Shown here piece after piece: positions 47,231 through 60,716 of a stretch of 64,000 nucleotides of DNA. Every line of letters begins with the position of its first letter. The first letter of the stretch is position 1. Under the pieces are notes generated by a model. The model was not told the DNA's origin, searched no databases, and saw nothing but the letters and a program-made list of their open reading frames with translations. Made by a program: the position numbers and the translations under genes. This stretch comes from Phoronis australis (Eukaryota; Animalia; Phoronida): NCBI GenBank assembly GCA_002633005.1, contig NMRA01000328.1, forward strand, positions 123,195-187,194. The letters run 5' to 3'.

Positions 47231-50200
47231 CAAGTGTCTACACGAACTGGAACGATAAACATTTTCCAAAGGCATATCGTGCCCAGAGTCATACATGGGG
47301 TGCACCACTATTTTGGACCGCGGGTCGTGGGGATGGGAAATTAGAATGTCCACCCTTTTAGAAAGTCAACAGTAACCCTCTGGCATGCAGCGGCCTTTTC
47401 AACCAGACAAATCTAAATTCGAAACGGTTGTGAAGGGTTTCGTTACAAAATAGTCCCTTTTGTGTTGGGTACCTAACCCATAAAGTGAACCTTTTCACAG
47501 GGAATAAATCGCAAAGACAGCCTTCAACAGGAAATCGGACCGTGAAAATCCACCCATCTAAGCGACACCTCCCGTATCTACCTTTTATGGGGTTACCCCC
47601 GGCATGCGAGAAACCGTCCTGCAGATGAAAATATTGCGTAACATTGGAAACAAATTCCCGAGTTTATCAGGTGTTGCGTTGCCCTCGTTTTTTTCCGCTC
47701 GAAATTTTTACCAGGCCAACACTATGATACGTTATTCACAAACCTTAAGAATGAATTTTGTGTAACCCAATTCTTTTCAGAGAGTTCTATGGAACATTTG
47801 AACGGCCTGTCAATTTGCATCGCGCGACTCAACGTGTGGACAATAATATTAGCATACCGCTACATAAATAACCTTTTAATAAGTCTATTGATTTATGAAT
47901 GGAAATTTTCGTGACACGCACCAATAATACAATACTTCGGTTCTTGCGCAAATTTGGTGCCCAAAGGAGAACTGTGAAATGCAATTATTAGCAAACATTA
48001 CGGCCATACAAAGGTTCTACAAATATTCAAATACATGATATAGCAAAATTTATATAACTGAATGCCGTGCTGGCCTACACCTACCAAAAGAAGAATAAGA
48101 CTAAAGCGTTGCCCGGCACAGTTTATGTGCAACTTACAACTTTTGAAAATAAACTAGAAAAATCATGAAGTCACGGCAAACTGTTGAAACTTCGTTAAAT
48201 TGTGTTCCGCACTTGAGACACACACACGCGCTTACATGCTTTTTCAACACAATGCTGGTCAACAAAATACAGAATTTTAACTTCTAATTTTTTAAATTTT
48301 ATCAGTGCATCACAAAATGACAACAAACTTGGAATAAATTATTAGCAGTGAATATTCCAAGTGGGAAAGGGTGCCAGACGTCAGTAGTTTATGAAATGTT
48401 CCGAATTTAGTCGTGTCTTTTGATAAATGAAACTAATCCTCTTGGTGTTTGGTAAAAACGAATTGAAGTGCATACCAAAAGTTATTGATATCCCGCAAAT
48501 GTGTGAGCGGGATTCAAATCTCAATGGCACAAGCGACATTGCCCCGCATCAGGCTCACGAAGCCGAATCAGACAGTTGCGGGTTCAGAACGTGGAAGCAT
48601 GTGTGAGAAGAATCCTACATTCTTCCCCGCCTTATTATAAGACAGCAAGTAACAGGCGCTTTAACGACAGGTGCGATATTTACAACACTACATACTATAT
48701 ACGAAGTCCAATCCTAGCTAAGTAACGAAACGTCTGTATATAGTATATCGTGTTGAACATGTAACAAAACGTCTGTATATAGGGTTGTAAATATAGCACC
48801 TTTCGCTAAAGCGCCTGTTATTTGTTTTCTTGTGTTGATTTGGCATAAAACCAGTTTCACCTTATCAAGTTCGTACTGAGGACGTTGTAAACGTTTCATT
48901 TGCATACACAGGCTCATGGAACAGGCAAATGTGCTCAAAGGAACACGAAACCTGTTAAAAAACGACCATGTTTAAGAAAAATACATACACATACGCATAT
49001 ACACCTGAAAGGGCGCATTTTCGTAATCAGTGATAATATTTATATAGTTTCAAACAACCGAGAATGAAAAAAACGTGATACCAGGATTGAAAAAGCGGGA
49101 CATCCGGATGCAATGCGCCATGATCTGGGTCTACACCAAAACGTAAGGATGAAATGCCCTGAAAACGTGCCACGGCGTTTTTTTAAATTTGGTACAGTAG
49201 AACGAAAAATTCGGGTGCCGCAACAGTCGAACGTTGACACTGAATGTCAACAGTGAACATAAAAAGGCCCTGGTGTAATTTTTGTTTGGTTTAAATCGCT
49301 TGTACTCAGTAAATGAACAAAACAGTAATCTGCGCCATAAAACTTGACCAGACACATGGACTCATTTTCCTAGCAGGGAACAGCTAAGCCCATATACTGA
49401 AAGATTATTTCCCGGAATGCCAACTAGTACGCTATCTGCAGCTACCAGCCCATCACTAACCAACCAGCATGTCTAATCATCTTAAGAGTTCTAATTAATT
49501 GTTAATTAGGGTGCTTAACTAACTTGCTGATTAGAAACCGGTTTGCATAAGTGTGGTTCCCGGTGTGAGTAGAACACGACTCACGAAAAGGGAACCACTC
49601 GGCATCACTGGTCGGAAGGAGGCTGAACTCACTGAATGCTACTTCCAGTGTATGTAGATATGAAGACTGTGACAATATACAGAAACATCTAGGAAAATAT
49701 ATCCGGAAGTTGGGTGGAGACCCTGTCGAATATCAAAACCCGAAAAGTTGACAAATTGACTTCCGTATTAAGCCCACAAAACTTTTAGGCGAATATGAAA
49801 AGAAGAGCACGAGCGATTGTTTTTTTTTGTCAGGGTGAAAGTCGAACATTGTGAAGCGCGACGAAACAGGACACTATTAAAATCATAATTTTCATTGAAT
49901 GAGATGACCCTGCGCTAGTATCCATTCGCATTCTGTCTTGCCATTTCTGTCGCTGTTGGAGGCCATGGGCACGGTGGGCACATTCACTTCGTACAGCGGG
50001 GTTTACCAACGTGTAAAGGCAAATATCGCGAAAAGTGATATTCGGGGAAGTAAATGCCATTGTGAGAGACAATACCTGTGCAACCGGGAGTTCCATGGCG
50101 CAAATGGCCAAAAGTTTAATCATGTACCCTCAGTGGCAACCTCGACTGTTTCTCAGTCCGTTCAACTCCATCAACAAAACCACTTTCGCTAAAATCTGAG

Positions 50201-51302
50201 GTGAGAAGTCAACAGCTTGATACAAAGGAGCAAATGTCAATATTTTTACATTTGTTCGATTCAACGAACTCAAATATAACTTAATAGTGTTCGTGAAACG
50301 GACGTTCTTCAAAGAAAGTAATTAATTAAACATTCGCTTGCGCATTCGCTTACACAGTAACCAAATCGCATGTCAAGGATTCACACTATCGCCACAGAAA
50401 GGCTTTCGGTTGGGAAATTCATCAACATTTGTCATTGAAAATGCAGATTTTCCGCACCTCGTGAACATTGGAGAATAACTTGGAACAAACTCTTTGATCG
50501 TCTCCGACAAAAGGTGAATCAAATAACAGAAGCTACCCAATACCAATAAGCAAATGTTTAGTTAATTAAAAGCTGCAACCTGGGGCTCCAATCTGGAGCT
50601 GTTAGCTTACACGTGTATCTGAACTTGATTGTTTGGTGGGGGGGGGGGCATATAACCTATTGTCCGCATTTTCATCCCCCGGTCGTCAATTTCACCGCCC
50701 GCCGGTGTCCGCCGAATCCTCCCTCCCCTGGTCGCCACTAGTTCTACTTTCCCCCACGGTCAGCGCGAACCCCCCCCCCCCCGTTCGGTCGCCACCGATT
50801 TCACCCCACCTCTTTTATAGGCTACTCTATTGCCCAGTTTTCTTCTTATTTTGTCTTTACATTTTACCCGAATCAGAGGGACAAGTGCCACCCAACTGCG
50901 CTGTTGCTACATAAGTCATGAGGCAACGTAAGACTTATAATGAGTTGGCATGCAAGGATGGAAGTTCAACTGCGGATGCACGAGAGCAAAAACGCACCGC
51001 TTGCTAGTGACGTTCTCAAGAGAATTTGGAAGGCTTAATTTGTTCGGATAGAACAGTTGACAAGACAGATGCCAGATCAAACATGCCTCCATGCTGCTGA
51101 CATGCTTTTGTGCAGGTGATAGTGAATATTTCCCACATCTTTTTAACGGGTTTTTCTGTATAATGCGTTCTTTAAAACAACGCGCCAACTTCTACATTAA
51201 ATCGTTTTCATCAAAAACAATTTCTGCTGATGTTTTTCGCGTCACAGCTAAGCTCATATGTCTGTGTTTTACTTACAGGGACAGAGGCTCAGTTGATAAA
51301 TG

Positions 51303-51447
51303 CATAGGCGGATCCAGGAGGTCCGGAGCCCCTTTTTACCTTTGATTTTAGTTATATCAAATCTATAATTTTCCATTTGACTTGGACTCCCATTTTAAAA
51401 AAATCTTTGATCCGACCCCCTTTTAAAAAATCCTGGATCCGCCCCTG
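51303..51447. mobile_element. hAT-like MITE (145 bp)
   Basis: CATAGGCGGATCCAGGA ... TCCTGGATCCGCCCCTG inverted termini with CA...TG ends. The TSD is only partly recognisable. Confidence 0.7.
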
Positions 51448-54400
51448 ATATGTGCATGTTATGGCTGTTTTCCCTGTGTTTTTGCCTGTTCTTTCCACTT
51501 TTCATTCAAAGTGATAATCTCACCTTCCAGCAAAACAAACAACTTTTGATTTAGACCAGGCACGAAATAAGTCTCAATTTGATTCTTGGTCAAATTGGAT
51601 ACACGTTAGAATTGCTTGAGACCAAGATTTGTCACGTGACGGCAGTCCATTTTATTCCGATCGCCGAGCACGGTCTCAAGGAATAACCGAACTGACGGTT
51701 ATTAGCAAACCCAGAAATCAATTCTTATCATAGTAAGGAACAAGTTGAGACAAATTTCATATAAGTAATGACAGTAAGTGATCTTGATCAAAAGCTTGCT
51801 CTTTGCCAAGGAAAGCGGATTTTTAGCCGTTTTGTCATATAATGTTTAATTTAATACACGCTAAAATCAACCGTTTAATTACGGCTTAATAAATTTCGTC
51901 CACATACTATTCTATATTTTGTTCCTTGGTTTTTGCTCAAGCGTTTCACATTTACGCGCATACTCCCAGTTTCGAACATAGGCGCAGCTGCACTTAAAAC
52001 TCATGGGGTTTAACTCGGGCACACATGCAATAATGTTAACATTCCAATGGGTTTGACTCGTGAACTTCAGGTGCGACCTGGATGCTTTGTGCTTCGCTTC
52101 AATATAGCTATTGACGACTGCCGGCACAGTGGCTGTGATTGCAACCTTGTGGTCAGTTGAACCGAGTGACCACCAGTACAACCATGCGAGACCAACATGC
52201 ACAAGCAAAATTACAACCGTAATATGAGATGTGGCGGTTGCGTTTCACGTACAGATATTAGATAGGACCAGTCGGTGTGTGTAAGCCGATGGCGTTTTAA
52301 TTGAACAGTGTTTGTAAAACACCAAATTCCTGTCAAGAAAATTGTTTACTCTGGTTGACATTGAAATGTGCACTAGGTGTAGCTAACGCCATAGGATAGC
52401 AAGTTTCATCAAAATTTGACCAAGCGACTTCAGAAAAACATACAACTGAGGTATGGCACTGCAAACTGAATAAGTGGGATAACACGATATTTCCAAAACA
52501 GAAATACATACCCTTACTTTGCCAAGTTATTTCCCAAATTTTGATCTTATTCCCAAACTGGGCGCATATGAAATCCACGTCAACGAGCACGAGCAACACT
52601 TGGCCAGATCAGATAATATCTAGCAATTTCTATAGTCACAGCTGTCCCTCGTAGTAACGAAAAAACATTAGTACAAAATCTGAAGTTTTGTGCGAGTAAA
52701 ATAAAAATCGAAATGCAGTAGTAACTTTTATATTAAATCGAACTTTTCTGTTGTAGCCAAAACAATCAACATACATCAATAAAACTATTGCTAACACAAG
52801 GATGGAAACTTTCCAGCTACTATGTCCTAAACCCACCCTCGGCCACGCAAACACAAAACCCGCAGTACGCATTCCATACCCGCACCCTTAAACTCCGCAA
52901 ATAGTCGCTAATACAACATATCCGGTGACCAAACTCCATACCTGGTGACCAACACCAGACCGTAAGCAAAGATCTCATCGGTGTAATATCTTTACCGTAG
53001 GTCCGATTGAGGGTCATCGGGTGTGGGGGTATTGACGATACATGCGGCGCAAGCAAGCAATTTGAACCGCCGCCGATTTTGTTCATGCTTTTCTGAGACT
53101 GGGTTCATTGGGTCGTAGCACATGGAGATGCGCGGTCAGTGGAATCGGTTCCAACCCCTGTGATATCAAATTCCAAAATCTGAGCGAGGCGAAGTGCCCC
53201 ACTCAGGCACGGGGGAAGATTCCATCATATTGACGGGTAAAGTGCTGTAACAGTTGAGACAAACACCTTCACATTCTTGTAACAGATCAATCACGAACAG
53301 AAAATATCACAACGAAGCTATAACGCTCTCATTTTCACTCATTCGGCTGTTCAAGTATTCAACTGAAACATTCCGTTACGACACCCAACTCTAATGGCCT
53401 TGTCACCCTCTTGGCATACATTTCAAGCAACTCGTTAGGAGAGGTACACGGCATAGCAACAAGGCGTAGAGAACATTTCAGGTCCCAATTAGTTTTCATG
53501 CATAAAATCGCATTCTGATGACATCACTTGCAACAAAAACATGAAAATTCATGTCTATCAGTACGCGCAGTGTTAATTTGGCTGGAACTTCCCCCATTAT
53601 AGATTTAAAATCAGAGTTGATTGGGAGATCGCCCAGTACTTCGGATACAATCATCAAACTCGGTGGATTATCAAGCACAAATTGGTGCTTAACAGATCTC
53701 TACTTCTCTCTAATGCAGAAACGTAATTCTTAAGAAAGCATCGAAATAAAGAAGGGACAAATAGTTAGTTAATGAGTCAATTGACTATTTTTCACCCAGG
53801 AGAAAACCGCAAAATTCAAGACGTTTAGGTCACATTACGTAACTACTACCAACGTGGTAGTAGGTAAAAGGCTGAATGGATCACATGCAGGGTATTGCCA
53901 GTAAAGTGTCAAACGCCTGTTTGTTCAGCCAACCGTATGTAATGCACAGCCAATTATTCACCACATAATATTGACCCAAACTTGGGAAGCATATGATTTG
54001 GGGATACAAGAGTTGTTGATTTTTTTAAAGTTGTTCTTCAGTTTCAGAATAGCTAACTGGATTAGACTAGCTCGTAAAACAGTGAGATTTAGATATAACT
54101 TTACGATTCAGATTCCTGCATCATAAAATGAGCATTTTGCATTTTAAAAGCAATTACAGGCCAATGCAATTAACAGCAACGTCATTATAAAACACTTTCA
54201 TAGTAATATCTTGAAAATCTCGTTGAAAACCATCGTCTTCAGAGCATTCGGAGCATACCTGAGGTCTATGGTAATTTATGAATGAAAGATAAATCCACAT
54301 TAACCTCAATATTACACCAATCCCCATCGATGCACAATGCAGCCGAGAGGTAAAGTCAACGACGCCACTAAGTGCTTGGAAAAACAACAACAAACGATGA

Positions 54401-57400
54401 CAAAGTGCCAGGCAAGGAACAGGGAGCGCTGGAACTTGGGGGTACTTCTAACTCGCCCGCTTTGTTTTCCTATTATTTTGCACGTGCAAATATAAATAAA
54501 CAGTGGCGCAGTTAGGAGTATATAATATCCAAAATGAAAACTCTTCTGAAAGGAATAAGCCTCCCCATACAGCGGGGCGGACACCTAAGTCCGATTTTCT
54601 CACAAGCAGTGGTATTTATCAAAAGCTAAGGTCACACACAAACAGCGCGTTCCATAAATCGCAGGTACTGACCAACACCTCTATTGAAATGTCCGATTCT
54701 CGCCAGGTCATGTCAATAGAAGTATTTTGATAAAATTAATCTTTTGTTTGAAGGTAATAATCGTGCACTTTGTTTATACGGTTATCAGACAAGACAGGGC
54801 TTCCGAGCAGCAACAAGAACGCCTGTAAAACCAATCAGTGCACCTCTGTTATTGACCCAAAAATGACCCAGCAAGTTTAACTTAAACGTACCACAAACAA
54901 AACGATTAGAAAAGGACAGGTAAAAACTTGAACGTCGAAAAAAATGTGGAACTGTATTCGACCACTTCGATTTCACGGCATACGCATGCGCGCATTCCGC
55001 CGTCTGAAACATACCGCGCTACCACTTAAATTTATTTTTACAAATAGAAGTAAAACACAAAAATAAATTGTATGGTAAGATTAACTGTTTCTGGATTTTT
55101 AACATCTCCCTAAAGATGTTCACTAAATGTTATCATGTAATCATAAGGTATATAAGTGCAATTATTTAAACAAAATCCATACCGGACTGTGCAAAATAAA
55201 GTTTGTGTTAGGATTAACAACACAGACTCAAAATACCTTTGTGTACTACACGAAATGTCAATTTGTTTCAATCAATAATACAAAGTACGTTTGAGGGTCG
55301 GCTGGTGGTCATAATTTAGCACGATAGTTGCACAAAATTTTGCATCTCTAGAATAAAAAAAAACATTTGAATGAACAGTGCGCCTCAGTCGCATAAAGCT
55401 TGTACAGCCTACCCGATGATTTTGCGATCATACAGGCCGACAGTCAGGCGATTATCGAGAAATTATCGGAAGCCTGAGCTGGGCGTCAAAAATCATCGAA
55501 CCGTTGCTTTTGGGATCTGACGAAAATAGCCAGATGATTCTTGAAATCGGGATTGAACTGAATCGGAGAGATCGGTAGTTGAGGCACATTTTCAAAATTT
55601 AAACGTTTCGGATATAGCCGTGTTCCTTACACTGAGGCGCAGGAGACTATACTCTAGTTGCGTCGCTGAACAGCGTATTTTTGTCTCTTTTGTTCATTCT
55701 TGGTAACCTTCATTCAATAGTTTAAACGCCGTCAAAGAATCTGTCTTAAGAATTAGATCACATGCCGCTATGAAATTGGTCTCAATTTGTTTCTCAGTCA
55801 GACGAGGAATTAATATTCTTGCCCCAGGAAACAACAGCCATCCCGGTCACTGTAATGCTTCAGAACATAATCAGTTTATATATTAACCCGCCGTGACAGT
55901 TATTGAGGCTGGCCTCAAGTACTGACGAACTAACTATCAACTCTCTCTTAAGAACAAACTATGACCATATTTACAACGATGGGTGACCGAAATCAAAAGT
56001 TAGTTGCTTTTTAGTAGGTCGAGTTTGTAACTGGTTTCAAAACACGTCAGCATATATTGTTTTGCAACGGATAAGTCAAGTATTTCCCCACATTTGCAAT
56101 ACTAAATCACCCCAGTTACTAAGTGCATAAACTTATCAAGTTACAATCTTTTATCAAACAGACAATTCTCCTTCGTATTTCTGCAAGAGCACAGAAGGCA
56201 AAAATGGTTTTTAATTTCTTTATTAACGTAACTCAGGATACAGTAAGGTAAAGACCGGTTAATAAACAAGACGTCAAACGCAAAGAAAAACCCGCATACA
56301 GCACAAGCACACCTCTCGTCGAACGCAAATAGGTTGACGTAGAAAATTGAATGTACAGAACAAGCAATTTGATCACACGCGCATATTCCTCTCATCAGCT
56401 CAACAAATACCCACCCCCACAAGTCACGATTTCATGCCCTTCTGGAGGTAAACACACCACTAAGTTTACTGGTCTGGATTAGTAGTCAATGACCACGAAA
56501 CCAAGCATAAGTGGTATCATTTGCAAAGGCGTAATAACCACGATAATCGTGGAGACCCAAAGACGCTTGTCAACAACATAACTCGCGTGCTAATCATGTT
56601 AAATAAATATGCATCGTTTTGACGAAAGGTGAAAGGGCAAATTTTAGCATTGTCTGAATGAACATGCCCCTTGGAGTTGGAAGGGGGCCTCGGTCGTGGC
56701 ACATTACGTGACACGGTGCAGTGCAATTCAGCTCACTTGACAAATAGCAAAGCATAATTTTAGAAATGTTTCCACACCCCTAAATTAGTCAGGTGGACTC
56801 TGAAAGACCACCTTGGGGTAAAACTCAATCAAAAGCACAGGGAAACTGCGTTTAAATCTCATTGGAATAAGTGTCGAGGAATACAACAATGTAAACCATT
56901 CAAGTTTAACGAATTTTGGAGGAAGAAATAGCTAACTTCCGTAAGATCACCTGCACCAAATATTCGTTGACAAAACACAACTCTTCATCACAAAATAACA
57001 CATGGTACTAATACTTCGAAATACAATTTTTGGTTGAAAGTGGAATGCAAGTCTATTAATATTACAAGTCTATTAATATTGCCCCAAAATCCTACCAGTA
57101 AACGATCTCCTTTTTGCATGGATTTAAGAATTCTATTTTATGAAAAATTGCAACGAATTTTCCATTGCTGCCAAAAGCATAATGGATGGCAAAGTGATAT
57201 GCTTACATAGCTTCAAAACATCCACTTAATTCCAGCGTTAACACTTTGGTGCCTTTACAAGCAAATAAACATTGTAATTCCTGTCAAATCTCCTACAAAA
57301 TCAACAAGCTGCAATACATAAGTCTGTTTACTTGCTTATGTTGGGATAATCTGCTGAGAAATGCATTAAAACCATGTTTTGGAATGATGAAGTATTTCCT

Positions 57401-58090
57401 TTCTAAACTGCAATTGTTCAGACGTCAGCAAGTTTGTTGACTGATCACAAAGTAAGTGATGCTATTCCTTGATGAACAATAATCATAAATGAACAATATT
57501 TGACGACAAAATTATAACTCTGAGAAAGAATAAACTCCCTCTAAAACAAATACATGGCACACCTCTTCTCAACTTCCCAAAGCAGAAACTGCTTTCTTAC
57601 ATAACAATGATGTTTTTAGAAACATCATCATGTAAACAACCAGCAGTAGTATAAAGGAGCCTGCCAAAGCCTGAAACATTAAAGTCCTATTTAAATTTCC
57701 TCAAGTACTTTTATTTATTTTTGATTGTTATTATAGCCCTATGAGTCTTGAAAGTTAAGCACTTACAAATAAGTGGTCTAAAATAAAGTACAAGTTTATA
57801 GAATTATGTGCTTCAAAATAAAGTGAAACTCAAAAGTAATATTAAAATAAACAGAGAATTTACATTCACCAAATCTCCCAGAAAAACAAACAAACAGCTG
57901 AAAATACTTACTAATTGAGCAGTGTCCCATTTTTTACCTAATACTTAGGGTAAAACATCCTTATTAATTATGACTATATACAAAATCAAAGAAACTGCTG
58001 TAGGGAGACATGATACACATAAAAATAGTCTCCCAATAGGACTTCAATGCTTTAGTTTGTGACAGGCTCCCTTATAATGCTTTCCAGTTT

Positions 58091-58315
58091 ACACTACCAA
58101 GGTCCCCTCTACATACAGCCTATCCAAGTACAACTTGCACTAGTGCACACTACCAAGGTCCCCTCTACATACAACCTATGCAAGTACAACTTGCACTAGT
58201 GCACACTACCAAGGTCCCCTCTACATACAGCCTATCCAAGTACAACTTGCACTAGTGCACACTACCAAGGTCCCCTCTACATACAGCCTATCCAAGTACA
58301 ACTTGCACTAGTGCA
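58091..58315. repeat. 56-bp minisatellite, 4 near-identical copies
   Basis: Unit ACACTACCAAGGTCCCCTCTACATACAGCCTATCCAAGTACAACTTGCACTAGTGC starts at 58091, 58147, 58203 and 58259. Confidence 0.97.
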
Positions 58316-59967
58316 ACTCACCCCACATTTGAGTGGAGCATCCAAACATCATAAGACAAATCACAAGGATGTATCAGATACCTGAGTTTACCTCAGACAT
58401 TATTCAAACAGACAAATTGTACAGTTATGGTCATATAAAAACATGCATCAATAACTACAAGTATTTGCCAACAAAGTATATTTGATTTTCATTTCCCCTT
58501 TATTACAAAATATGAAATGTTCATTCATAAATTCACAAGATCAAATAATGATCCAAGCCCTACCTGGTTCATGCTACGGAAAAATCCACAACACACAAAC
58601 CCCAGTACTGTTTCTAAAAGTACTGCTTCTCTCATGTTCAGATGCCACCAGAATGATGTTTTTGTAAAATAATTATGCCATCTAAAGTGATTATGTCATG
58701 CTTTTCTTTTGATTAATTAATTGAACAGATAGAGAGTAATAATTAGGTCAAGTCAAACAAAATTTTGTCACAGCAATCAAATTGTCCCCTCCCCTCAGGA
58801 CGCATGCATTTTAAGGCTATAATTTTAAGTGGTAATGATTTTTGTATTAAGATGAGCAACACTTGATCTCTAACATACCCGATTGTTATGACTCATTATA
58901 ATTACTAAAAATTCCAAATGGGAAAACTTTACTCCAAGAATGAAGTTTTATACAATGCATACTGCGATGTAGATTATTTTTTGCCAAAATCTTGAAAGCG
59001 AAGTCAATTGAAGGTCACCAAGCACATATAGACATGCCCCACTCACTCCTACCTCCCAGCAAAACATGTGGTTCCTTCTTTAGAATATTATTGGTAATCA
59101 ACTTGTAAGATGTTCTCCTAAATTTCTTGCAATGACCTTGAAAACGACATCAAGTTTATCTTTGAAAATGAATTCAAGGTCACCAAAATGGACAGGTGTT
59201 TGGAATTGCCCCACCTACACCTTATCCTGTCAACATTTTTCCCAAGTCAACACTTGCTTTTCTTGCAGTCGGTAACCTTGAAAATGATGTCAAAGTCGCC
59301 AAAATGGACGGGCACCTGGCCGTTGCCCCTATTAACTCAGCAAAACTATACCTCCTTTCTAGAAACATGACACCAACAACATTTTCTCAAATCAAATTTC
59401 TGTATTTGGCCCAACTCTAATGATGGGGACAAATATAAACAGTAATCTAAAAGCCTCTCTTGGAGATATCTAAAACACTCCCTCTTGGAGATATCATGCT
59501 ATCAACATTTTCTTAACAGCATGTCAATGAACAAAAAGCCGCCTTCAATCACCTAGAACACAGTGTTCTTAACATTAACTGTAGGACAAATTTTGAATAA
59601 AATTAAGTAGAGATATTTGGTCAATAACACCACATCTGCCAAAATTCAAAACGATGCTTCAAGCGGTTTGGCAGATAGAGAGGTGCACACCAACAACAAG
59701 ACTTGAGAATAAAAAATGGCCACTAGGGGGAGCTCAATACTGACTTCAAATACAAGTATATTTGACATTGGGAAAGTGTCTCCCTAAACAAAAACTCATT
59801 TACCAAATTTCATAAAATTACATAAAGGAATTTTTAGACAAAGCGCGCCCTGACAGAGATGTTGGCAATATGTATCAAGATAATGTATATGTGGATGCAC
59901 CGAAATCAGAAAATATTTAATTAAACTTTTCATGAACCTCACATTGTGTCCCAAATTGGAGAGATCT

Positions 59968-60068
59968 TATATGATATACAGACACACTTTATTAAGTAGA
60001 ACTGAATCACTTGAATATTTATTATATGATATACAGAAACACTTTAAGTAGAACTGAATCACTTGAAT
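59968..60068. repeat. ~50-bp direct duplication
   Basis: TATATGATATACAGA(C/A)ACACTT...AAGTAGAACTGAATCACTTGAAT occurs twice. Confidence 0.85.
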
Positions 60069-60598
60069 CTTTGAAATATAATTTAATATTATGCTAACCA
60101 TGGAAGCTTGGACCTCAACTTCTCTGTAACAATGGTGGCTGGGGTCCAGGCAGACATTCACAACAAGCAGCACCTGAGACCCTTTCAGATGACTAATGAA
60201 AAATTTTAATGTGCAGCAGTCTGGGTAGGTGAATGTGGTGCAAATAACATTCCCTAAAGTCAAAATACATCCCCAGCCTCCCTTGGCTAACAAGTAATGA
60301 GGGAGGAGTAAAATAGGTGTATTTGTTGACCAAGAGCTGGTAACAACAGACCTTCCAGTGTGCACTTAAATGACAGCATACCAATCTCAGCAAGATCCTA
60401 ATGTCTAGAGGTTAAAGGTTCTCCAGCACACTACAAGGACTCGAGGTTGGTAGCTACCACTGACTACCAAATCTATACATTACTGATCATCAGATACCTG
60501 AGGTGACAACTGATGTGGTCCTGTCCAAACAGATTGTCATTTATATTTCAAATACTATGAAATGCCACTTCCAAAAATTAAAGAGGAGATATTGTGGT

Positions 60599-60716
60599 CT
60601 AATCCTGTTGGAGACAGACTTCGCCTAATTCGACTTTGTTGGTTAAGGGAACAGTGAAACTTTGGGAATCTCCACTTGTGTGTCTGGGTAGACCATTGGT
60701 TAAGTCCAGTGGAGTC
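60599..60716 (-). CDS. Candidate terminal exon of an unidentified upstream minus-strand gene
   Basis: Strong acceptor gcttttgtttctttaccaatttacag|. Phase-2 frame reads TPLDLTNGLPRHTSGDSQSFTVPLTNKVELGEVCLQQD-stop (phase 0 is also open, to 60555). It is followed by CpG-poor, UTR-like sequence. Confidence 0.25.

Noticed and set aside
49465-49540. Imperfect AT-rich hairpin (pre-miRNA or MITE candidate)
   Set aside because: The stem is interrupted by large asymmetric bulges and is low complexity, so support is insufficient.
52810-53230. GC-richer block resembling a SINE body; also a B-box-like word at ~48507-48522
   Set aside because: No A/B-box pair, tRNA fold, tail or TSD could be identified, and there is no second copy in the window.
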